From Eledone cirrhosa (lineage: Eukaryota), in contig OZ024741.1 in NCBI GenBank assembly GCA_964016885.1, positions 255,378,001-255,442,000 on the forward strand: 64,000 bases of DNA, read 5' to 3'. Below are positions 54,026 to 64,000 of this stretch, in pieces. The notes under the pieces were generated by a model. That model saw only the letters and a program-made list of their open reading frames with translations, had not been told where the DNA came from and made no database searches. The number at the start of each line of letters is the position of its first letter. The first letter of the stretch is position 1. The position numbers were made by a program, and so were the translations under genes.

Positions 54026-54094
54026 AAATAACAAATAGACGCGGTTTCAAATCTCTATGCTTTTCAAATTCATTACATTAATCTTTATTTATAC
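54026..54094. repeat. 69-bp AT-rich insert, copy 13 (ATGCTTTT allele)
   Basis: Direct match; 19,266 bp after copy 7. Confidence 0.95.
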
Positions 54095-55805
54095 GTTTCG
54101 CTTTACGAGTGTTTCGACTTACGAGTGTTTCGACATACGAGTGTTTCGGCTTACGAGTGTTTTGATTTACGAGTGTTTTGACTTACGGGTGCTTCGACTT
54201 ACGCGTGTTTCGACTTACGAGTGTTTCGACTTACGAGTGTTTCGACTTACGAGTGTTTCGGCTTACGAGTGTTTTGACTTACGAATGTTTTGACTTACGA
54301 TTGTTTCGGCTTACGAGTGTTTCGACTTACGAGAGTTCTGACTACGAGTGTTCTGACTTACGGGTGTTCTGACTTACGAGTGTTCCGACTTACGAGTGTT
54401 TCGGCTTATGAGTGTTTCGACTTACGAGTGCTTCGACTTACGAGTGTTTCGGCTTACGGGTGTTTCGACTTACGAATGTTTTTGCTTACGAGTGTTTCGG
54501 CTTACGAGTGTTTCGGCTTATGAGTGTTTCGACTTACGAGTGTTTTGACTTACGGGTGTTTTGACATACGAGTGTTTCGATACGATTGTTCTGACTTACG
54601 AGTGTTTCCGCTTACGAGTGTTTCGGCTTACGAGTGTTTCGACTTACTAATGTTTTTACTTACGAGTGTTTCGGTGTACGAGTGTTTCGACTTAAGGATG
54701 TTTCGACTTACGAGTGTTTCGACTTACGAGTGTTTCGACTTACGAGTGTTTCGACTTACGAGTGTTTTGGCTTACGAATGTTTTGACTTACGGGTGTTTC
54801 GACTTACGAGTGTTTCGACTTATGAGTGTTTGGACTTACGAGTGTTTCGGCTTATGAGTGTTTCGACTTACGAGTGCTTCGGCTTACGAGTGTTTCGACT
54901 GACGAGTATTTCGGCTTACGAGTGTTTCGACGTACGAATGTTTTGGCTTACGAGTGTTTCGGCTTATGAGTGTTTCGGCTTACGAGTGTTTCGACTTACG
55001 AGGGTTTCGGCTTACGAGTGTTTCAGTGTTTCGGCTTACGTGTGTTTCGACTTACGAGTGTTTCGACTTACGACTGTTTCGGCTTACGAGTGTTTCGGCT
55101 TACGAGTGTTTCGGCTTACGAGTGTTTTGAATTACGATTGTTTGGCTTACGAGTGTTCTGACTTACGGGTGTTCTGACTTACGAGGGTTCCGACTTACGA
55201 GTGTTTCGGCTTATGAGGGTTTCGACTTACGAGTGCTTCGGCTTACGAGTGTTTCGACTTACGAGTGTTTCGGCTTACGAGTGTTTCGACTTACGAGTGT
55301 TTTGACTTACGGTGTTTCGGCTTACGAGTGTTTCGACATACGAGTGTTTTGACGTACGGGTGTTTCGACTTACGGGTCTTTCGACTTAAGAGTGTTTCGA
55401 CTTACGAGCGCTTCGACTTACGAGTGTTTCGACTTACGAGTGTTTCGGCGTATGAGTGTTTTGACTTACGAGTGTTTCGACTTACGAGTGTTTCGACTTA
55501 CGAGTGTTTTGACTTACGGTGTTTCTGCTTACGAGTGTTTCGACTTACGAGTGTTATGACTTACGGGTGTTTTGACATACGAGTGTTTCGACTTACGAGT
55601 GTTTTGACTTACGGGTGTTTTGACATACGAGTGTTTCGATAGGAGTGTTCTGACTTACGAGTGTTCTGACTTACGAGTGTTCTGACTTACGAGTGTTCTG
55701 ACTTACGAGTGTTCTGACTTACGAGTGTTCTGACTTACGAGTGTTCCGACTTTACGAGTGTTTCGGCTCACGAGTGTTTCGGCTTACGAGTGTTTCGACT
55801 TACGA

Positions 55806-55874
55806 AAATAACAAATAGACGCGGTTTCAAATCTCTATGCTTTTCAAATTCATTACATTAATCTTTATTTATAC
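55806..55874. repeat. 69-bp AT-rich insert, copy 14 (ATGCTTTT allele)
   Basis: Direct match; internal ATG at 55837. Confidence 0.95.
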
Positions 55875-57809
55875 GTTTCGCTTTACGAGTGTTTCGACTT
55901 ACGAGTGTTTCGACATACGAGTGTTTCGGCTTACGAGTGTTTTGATTTACGAGTGTTTTGACTTACGGGTGCTTCGACTTACGCGTGTTTCGACTTACGA
56001 GTGTTTCGACTTACGAGTGTTTCGGCTTATGAGTGTTTTGACTTACGAATGTTTTCACTTACGATTGTTTCGGCTTACGAGTGTTTCGACTTACGAGTGT
56101 TCTGACTACGAGTGTTCTGACTTACGGGTGTTCTGACTTACGAGTGTTCTGACTTACGAGTGTTTCGGCTTATGAGTGTTTCGACTTACGAGTGCTTCGA
56201 CTTACGAGTGTTTCGGCTTACGGGTGTTTCGACTTACGAATGTTTTTGCTTACGAGTGTTTCGGCTTACGAGTGTTTCGGCTTATGAGTGTTTCGACTTA
56301 CGAGTGTTTTGACTTACGGGTGTTTTGACATACGAGTGTTTCGATACGATTGTTCTGACTTACGAGTGTTTCCGCTTACGAGTGTTTCGGCTTACGAGTG
56401 TTTCGACTTACTAATGTTTTTACTTACGAGTGTTTCGGTGTACGAGTGTTTCGACTTACGAGTGTTTCGACTTACGAGTGTTTCGACTTACGAGTGTTTC
56501 GACTTACGATTGTTTTGGCTTACGAATGTTTTGACTTACGGGTGTTTCGACTTACGAGTGTTTCGACTTATGAGTGTTTCGACTTACGAGTGTTTCGGCT
56601 TATGAGTGTTTCGACTTACGAGTGCTTCGGCTTACGAGTGTTTCGACTTACGAGTATTTCGGCTTACGAGTGTTTCGACGTACGAATGTTTTGGCTTACG
56701 AGTGTTTCGGCTTATGAGTGTTTCGGCTTACGAGTGTTTCGACTTACGAGTGTTTCGGCTTACGAGTGTTTCAGTGTTTCGGCTTACGTGTGTTTCGACT
56801 TACGAGTGTTTCGACTTACGACTGTTTCGGCTTACGAGTGTTTCGGCTTACGAGTGTTTCGGCTTACGAGTGTTTTGACTTACGATTGTTTGGCTTACGA
56901 GTGTTCTGACTTACGGGTGTTCTGACTTACGAGTGTTCCGACTTACGAGTGTTTCGGCTTATGAGGGTTTCGACTTACGAGTGCTTCGGCTTACGAGTGT
57001 TTCGACTTACGAGTGTTTCGGCTTACGAGTGTTTCGACTTACGAGTGTTTTGACGTACGGGTGTTTCGACTTACGGGTCTTTCGACTTAAGAGTTTTTCG
57101 ACTTACGAGCGCTTCGACTTACGAGTGTTTCGACTTACGAGTGTTTCGGCGTATGAGTGTTTTGACTTACGAGTGTTTCGACTTACGAGTGTTTCGACTT
57201 ACGAGTGTTTCGAATTACGAGTGTTTCGACTTACGAGTGTTTTGACTTACGAGTGTTTTGACTTACGGTGTTTCTGCTTACGAGTGTTTCGACTTTCGAG
57301 TGTTATGACTTACGGGTGTTTTGACATACCAGTGTTTCGACTTACGAGTCTTACGGCTTACGAGTGTTTCGACTTACTAATGTTTTTACTTACGAGTGTT
57401 TCGGCGTACGAGTGTTTCGACTTCCGAGTGTTTCGACTTACAGGTGTTTTGACTTACGGGTGTTTCGGCTTACGAGTGTTTTGACTTACGAGTGTTTTGA
57501 CTTAAGGGTGTTTCGACTTACGAGTATTTTTGGCTTACGAGTGTTTCGACTTACGAGTGTTTTGACTTACGAGTGTTCTGATTTACGGATGTTTCGACAC
57601 ACGAGTGTTTCGAATTACGAGTGTTTCGACTTACGAGTGTTTTGACTTACGGGTGTTTTGACATACGAGTGTTTCGATACGAGTGTTTCGACTTATGAGT
57701 GTTTCGACTTACGAGTGTTCTGACTTACGAGTGTTCTGACTTACGAGTGTTCTGATTTACGGATGTTTCGACACACGAGTGTTTCGATACGAGTGTTTCG
57801 ACTTACGAG

Positions 57810-60800
57810 TGTTTCGACTTATGAGTGTTTCGACTTACGAGTGTTCTGACTTACGAGTGTTCTGACTTACGAGTGTTCCGACTTACGAGTGTTTCGGTTT
57901 ACGAGTGTTTCGACATACGAGTGTTTTGACTTACGGGTGTTTCGACTTACGGGTGTTTCGACTTACGAGTGTTTTGGCTTACGAGTGTTTCGACTTACTA
58001 ATGTTTTTACTTACGAGTGTTTCGGTGTACGAATGTTTTGACTTAAGGATGTTTCGACTTACGAGTGTTTCGACTTACGAGTGTTTCGGCTTACGTGAGT
58101 TTCGACTTAAGATTGTTCTGATTTACGAGTGTTCTGACTTACGAGTGTTTCGGCTTATGAGTGTTTCGACTTACGAGTGTTTCGGCTTACGAGTGTTTCG
58201 ACTTATGGGTGTTTCGACTTACGAGTGTTTTTACTTACGGTGTTTCGGCTTACGAGTGTTTCGACATACGAGTGTTTTGACTTACGGGTGTTTCGGCTTA
58301 CGAGTGTTTCGACTTACGAGTGTTTTGACTTACGGGTGTTTCGACTTACGGTGTTTCGGCTTACGAGTGTTTCGACTTACGAGTGTTTTGACTTACGGGT
58401 GTTTTGACATACGAGTGTTTCGATACGAGTGTTCTGACTTACGAGTGTTCTGACTTACGAGTGTTTTGACTTACGAGTGTTCTGACTTACGAGTGTTCCG
58501 ACTTACGAGTGTTCCGACTTACGAGTGTTTCGGCTTACGAGTGTTTACGGCTTACGAGTGTTTCGACTTCCGAGTGTTTTGACTTACGGTGTTTCGGCTT
58601 ACGAGTGATTCGACTTACGAGTGTTTTGACTTACGGGTGATTTGACTTACGGGTGTTGTGAATTACGAGTGTTGCGATTTACTAGTGTTTTGACTTACGG
58701 TGTTTCGGCTTACGAGTGATTCGACTTACGAATGTTTTGACTTACGGCTGTTTCGGCTTGCGAGTGTTTCGACTTACGAGTGTTTCGGCTTATGGGTGTT
58801 TCGACTTACTAATGTTTTTACTTACGAGTGTTTCGGCGTACGAGTGTTTTGACTTACGAGTGTTTCGACTTACGAGTGTTTCGACTTACGAGTGTTTCGG
58901 CTTACGTGAGTTTCGACTTAAGAGTGTTCTGATTTACGAGTGTTCTGACTTGCGGGTGTTCTGATTTACGAGTGTTCCGACGTACGAGTGTTTCGGCTTA
59001 TTAGTGTTTCGACTTACGAGTGTTTCGGCTTACGAGTGTTTCGACTTATGGGTGTTTCGACTTACGAGTGTTTTTACTTACGGTGTTTCGGCTTACGAGT
59101 GTTTCGACATACGAGTGTTTTGACTTACGGGTGTTTCGACTTACGAGTGTTTTGACTTACGAATGTTTTGACTTACGGGTGTTTCGGCTTACGAGTGTTT
59201 CGACTTACGAGTGTTTCGGCTTACGAGTGTTTCGACTTACTAATGTTCTTACTTACGAATGTTTCGGCGTACGAGAGTTTTGACTTACGAGTGTTTCGAC
59301 TTACGAGTGTTTCGACTTACGAGTGTTTTAACTTACGAATGTTTTGACTTACGGGTGTTTCGGCTTACGAGTGTTTCGACTTACGAGTCTTTCGGCTTAC
59401 GAGTGTTTCGACTTACTAATGTTTTTACTTACGAGTGTTTCGGCGTAGTGTTTCGACTTACGAGTGTTTCGACTTACGGGTGTTTTGACTTACGGGTGTT
59501 TCGGCTTACGAGTGTTTTGACTTACGAGTGTTTTGACTTAAGGGTGTTTCGACTTACGAGTATTTTTGGCTTACGAGTGTTTCGACTTACGAGTGTTTTG
59601 ACTTACGAGTGTTCTGATTTACGGATGTTTCGACATACGAGTGTTTCGACTTACGAGTGTTTCGACTTATGACTGTTTCGACTTACGAGTGTTTCGGCTT
59701 ATGAGTGTTTCGACTTACGAGTGCTTCGGCTTACGAGTGTTTCGACTTACGAGTATTTCGGCTTTCGAGTGTTTCGACGTAAGAATGTTTTGGCTTACGA
59801 GTGTTTCGGCTTATGAGTGTTTCGGCTTACGAGTGTTTCGACTTACGAGTGTTTCGGCTTACGAGTGTTTCAGTGTTTCGGCTTACGTGTGTTTCGACTT
59901 ACGAGTGTTTCGACTTACGACTGTTTCGGCTTACGAGTGTTTCGGCTTACGAGTGTTTCGACTTACGAGTGTTTTGACTTACGAATGTTTTGACTTACGG
60001 GTGTTTCGGCTTACGAGTGTTTCGACTTACGAGTCTTTCGGCTTACGAGTGTTTCGACTTACTAATGTTTTTACTTACGAGTGTTTCGGCGTACGAGTGT
60101 TTCGACTTACGAGTGTTTCGACTTACGGGTGTTTTGACTTACGGGTGTTTCGGCTTACGAGTGTTTTGACTTACGAGTGTTTTGACTTAAGGGTGTTTCG
60201 ACTTACGAGTATTTTTGGCTTACGAGTGTTTCGACTTACGAGTGTTTTGACTTACGAGTGTTCTGATTTACGGATGTTTCGACATACGAGTGTTTCGACT
60301 TACGAGTGTTTCGACTTACTAATGTTCTTACTTACGAGTGTTTCGGCGTACGAGAGTTTTGACTTACGAGTGTTTCGACTTACGAGTGTTTCGACTTACG
60401 AGTGTTTTGACTTACGAATGTTTTGACTTACGGGTGTTTCGGCTAACGAGTGTTTCGACTTACGAGTCTTTCGGCTTACGAGTGTTTCGACTTACTAATG
60501 TTTTTACTTACGAGTGTTTCGGCGTACGAGTGTTTCGACTTACGAGTGTTTCGACTTACGGGTGTTTAGACTTACGGGTGTTTCGGCTTACGAGTGTTTT
60601 GACTTACGAGTGTTTTGACTTAAGGTTGTTTCGACTGACGAGTATTTTTGGCTTACGAGTGTTTCGACTTACGAGTGTTTTGACTTACGAGTGTTCTGAT
60701 TTACGGATGTTTCGACATACGAGTGTTTCGACTTACGAGTGTTTCGACTTATGAGTGTTTCGACTTACGAGTGTTTCGGCTTATGAGTGTTTCGACTTAC

Positions 60801-63800
60801 GAGTGCTTCGGCTTACGAGTGTTTCGACTTACGAGTATTTCGGCTTACGAGTGTTTCGACGTACGAATGTTTTGGCTTACGAGTGTTTCGGCTTATGAGT
60901 GTTTCGGCTTACGAGTGTTTCGACTTACGAGTGTTTCGGCTTACGAGTGTTTCAGTGTTTCGGCTTACGTGTGTTTCGACTTACGATTGTTTCGACTTAC
61001 GACTGTTTCGGCTTACGAGTGTTTCGGCTTGCGAGTGTTTCGGCTTACGAGTGTTTTGACTTACGAGTGTTTTGACTTACGATTGTTTGGCTTACGAGTG
61101 TTCTGACTTACGGGTGTTCTGACTTTCGAATGTTCCGACTTACGAGTGTTTCGGCTTATGAGGGTTTCGACTTACGAGTGCTTCGGCTTACGAGTGTTTC
61201 GACTTACGAGTGTTTCGGCTTACGAGTGTTTCGACTTACGAGTGTTTCGACTTACGAGTGTTTTGACTTACGGTGTTTCGGCTTACGAGTGTTTCGACAT
61301 ACGAGTGTTTTGACGTACGGGTGTTTCGACTTACGGGTCTTTCGACTTAAGAGTGTTTCGACTTACGAGCGCTTCGACTTACGAGTGTTTCGACTTACGA
61401 GTGTTTCGGCGTATGAGTGTTTTGACTTACGAGTGTTTCGATTTACGAGTGTTTCGAATTACGAGTGTTTCGACTTACGAGTGTTTTGACTTACGAGTGT
61501 TTTGACTTCGGTGTTTCTGCTTACAAGTGTTTCGACTTACGAGTGTTATGACTTACGGGTGTTTTCACATACGAGTGTTTCGACTTACGAGTGTTTTGAC
61601 TTACGGGTGTTTTGACATACTAGTGTTTCGATACGAGTGTTCTGACTTACGAGTGTTCTGACTTACGAGTGTTCTGACTTACGAGTGTTTCGACATACGA
61701 GTGTTTTGACTTACGGGTGTTTCGACTTACGAGTGTTTTCACTTACGAATGTTTTGACTTACGGGTGTTTCGGCTTACGAGTGTTTCGACTTACGAGTGT
61801 TTCGGCTTACGAGTGTTTCGACTTACTAATATTTTTACTTACGAGTGTTTCGGCGTACGAGAGTTTTGACTGACGCGTGTTTCGACTTGCGAGTGTTTCG
61901 ACTTACGAGTATTTTGACTTACGAATGTTTTGACTTACGGGTGTTTCGGCTTACGAGTGTTTCGACTTACGAGTCTTTCGGCTTACGAGTGTTTCGACTT
62001 ACTAATGTTTTTACTTACGAGTGTTTCGGCGTACGAGTGTTTCGACTTCCGAGTGTTTCGACTTACGGGTGTTTTGACTGACGGGTGTATCGGCTTACGA
62101 GTGTTTTGACTTACGAGTGTTTTGACTTAAGGGTGTTTCGACTTACGAGTATTTTTGGCTTACGAGTGTTTCGACTTACGAGTGTTTTGACTTACGAGTG
62201 TTCTGATTTACGGATGTTTCGACATACGAGTGTTTCGACTTACGAGTGTTTCGACTTATGAGTGTTTCGACTTACGAGTGTTTCGACTTACGAGTGTTTC
62301 GGCTTGTGATTGTTTCGACTTACGAGTGTTTTGACTTACGGTGTTTCAGCTTACGAGTGTTTCGACTTACGAGTGTTTTGACTTACGGGTGTTTTGACAT
62401 ACGAGTGTTTCGATACGAGTGTTCTGACTTACGAGTGTTCTGACTTACGAGTGTTTTGACTTACGAGTGTTCTGACTTACGAGTGTTCCGACTTACGAGT
62501 GTTCCGACTTACGAGTGTTTCGGCTTACGAGTGTTTTGACTTAAGGGTGTTTCGACTTACGAGTGTTTCGATACGAGTGTTTCGACTTACGAGTGTTTCG
62601 GCTTACGAGTGTTTCGACTTACGAGTGTTTCGACTTACGAGTGTTCCGACTTACGGGTGTTTCGACTTACGAGTGTTTTGGCTTACGGTGTTTCGACTTA
62701 CGAGTGTTTCGAGTTAAGAGTGTTTTGACTTACGAGTGTTCTGATTTACGAGTGTTCTGACTTACGAGTGTTCTGACTTACGAGTGTTCTGACTTACGAG
62801 TCTTCTGACTTACGAGTGTTCCGACTTTACGAGTGTTTCGGCTCACGAATGTTTCGGCTTACGAGTGTTTCGACTTACGAAAATAACAAATAGACGCGGT
62901 TTCAAATCTCTATGCTTTTCAAATTCATTACATTAATCTTTATTTATACGTTTCGCTTTACGAGTGTTTCGACTTACGAGTGTTTCGACATACGAGTGTT
63001 TCGACTTACGAATGTTTTTGCTTACGGGTGTTTCGACTTACGAATGTTTTTGCTTACGAGTGTTTCGGTTTACGAGTGTTCCGACTTACGAGTGTTTCGA
63101 CTTATGAGTGTTTCGACTTACGAGTGTTCTGACTTACGAGTGTTCTGACTTACGAGTGTTCCGACTTACGAGTGTTTCGGTTTACGAGTGTTTCGACATA
63201 CGAGTGTTTTGACTTACGGGTGTTTCGACTTACGGGTGTTTCGACTTACGAGTGTTTTGGCTTACGAGTGTTTCGACTTACTAATGTTTTTACTTACGAG
63301 TGTTTCGGTGTACGAATGTTTTGACTTAAGGATGTTTCGACTTACGAGTGTTTCGACTTACGAGTGTTTCGGCTTACGTGAGTTTCGACTTAAGATTGTT
63401 CTGATTTACGAGTGTTCTGACTTACGAGTGTTTCGGCTTATGAGTGTTTCGACTTACGAGTGTTTCGGCTTACGAGTGTTTCGACTTATGGGTGTTTCGA
63501 CTTACGAGTGTTTTTACTTACGGTGTTTCGGCTTACGAGTGTTTCGACATACGAGTGTTTTGACTTACGGGTGTTTCGGCTTACGAGTGTTTCGACTTAC
63601 GAGTGTTTTGACTTACGGGTGTTTCGACTTACGGTGTTTCGGCTTACGAGTGTTTCGACTAACGAGTGTTTTGACTTACGGGTGTTTTGACATACGAGTG
63701 TTTCGATACGAGTGTTCTGACTTACGAGTGTTCTGACTTACGAGTGTTTTGACTTACGAGTGTTCTGACTTACGAGTGTTCCGACTTACGAGTGTTCCGA

Positions 63801-64000
63801 CTTACGAGTGTTTCGGCTTACGAGTGTTTACGGCTTACGAGTGTTTCGACTTCCGAGTGTTTTGACTTACGGTGTTTCGGCTTACGAGTGATTCGACTTA
63901 CGAAGGTTTTGACTTACGGGTGATTTGACTTACGGGTGTTGTGAATTACGAGTGTTGCGATTTACTAGTGTTTTGACTTACGGTGTTTCGGCTTACGAGT
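57810..64000 (+). repeat. Duplication with offset 5283 bp; second copy starts about 63090 and runs off the right edge
   Basis: ORF pairs 57905/63188 and 58177/63460. Shared rare variants GTGTTTACGGC (58541/63824) and GTTGCGATTTACTAG (58671/63954). Confidence 0.85.
62881..62949. repeat. 69-bp AT-rich insert, copy 15 (ATGCTTTT allele)
   Basis: Direct match; 15,057 bp after copy 9. Confidence 0.95.

Larger units (their letters stand above)
42650..63090 (+). repeat. Long-range duplication of about 5.4 kb (about 42650-48030 vs 57590-63090), offset 14.75-15.06 kb
   Basis: Pairs 42978/57905 (14,927); 43966/58716 and 44270/59020 (14,750); 45666/60723, 46628/61685 and 47855/62912 (15,057). Shared rare variants GGCTTTCGAGTGTTTCGACGTAAG, GACTTTCGAATG, GACTGACGGGTGTATC and GGCTCACGAATG. 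Confidence 0.85.
657..64000 (+). repeat. 16-bp satellite array, consensus GAGTGTTTCGACTTAC (minus strand GTAAGTCGAAACACTC), >63 kb, head-to-tail, open at right edge
   Basis: Monomer visible continuously from 657 to the window end with no inversion seen. Common variants are TTTCGG, TTTTGA, TTCTGA, TTCCGA, GGGTG, GAATG and TTATG, plus 14/15/17-bp indel monomers. About 3,900 monomers by length/16. Confidence 0.99.

Noticed and set aside
2919-62949. CRISPR-like reading (GTTTCAAAT in the insert; repeated element with intervening sequence)
   Set aside because: No unique spacers, spacing irregular from 259 bp to 21 kb, the element is 69 bp, and there are no cas genes or leader.
850-63736. About 250 + strand ORFs of ECFDLRVFRLTSVSTY repeats, up to 287 aa
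   Set aside because: The 16-mer consensus has no stop on the + strand, so all three frames give the same 16-aa cycle. ORFs mostly start at GTG/TTG, overlap, end at variant TGA codons, and are broken by 14/15/17-bp monomers. The minus strand has none because TAA rotates through the frames.
657-64000. Hairpin, cruciform or intrinsic curvature role for the monomer
   Set aside because: Only a TCGA palindrome and 3-4 bp stems are possible, and I saw no inverted block. T-tracts at 16-bp spacing (~1.5 turns) are out of helical phase.

Overview
This window is almost entirely non-coding tandem repeat, most consistent with eukaryotic satellite DNA; the organism cannot be determined. Bases 1-663 are a 33-39 bp minisatellite (18 units). 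Its minus strand is an uninterrupted Thr-rich, mucin-like frame (TTTTLALTE/QKTA)n that runs off the left edge and is missing from the ORF track. From 657 to 64000 lies a single-orientation 16-bp satellite, consensus GAGTGTTTCGACTTAC (roughly 3,900 monomers). It is built from recurrent runs of variant monomers and nested kb-scale duplications (offsets 1007, 1038 x3, 1941, 2035, 3078, 4090, 4744, 5283, ~15,057 and 19,266 bp). Fifteen near-identical copies of a 69-bp AT-rich insert interrupt it at the same monomer position. The supplied + strand satellite ORFs are artefacts of a stop-free 16-mer. Best leads, all unverified: (i) the monomer resembles the subterminal repeat of pogo/Tigger (MER47-type) DNA transposons and partly the CENP-B box; (ii) the two arrays join through a 7-bp microhomology that cuts off the 5' end of the mucin-like frame; (iii) the minus strand carries GTAAGT (5' splice site core) in most monomers and AATAAA in every insert, in the same sense as the mucin-like frame. 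I found no complete gene, RNA gene, CRISPR array or intact transposon. Duplication boundaries were placed by eye and are approximate.
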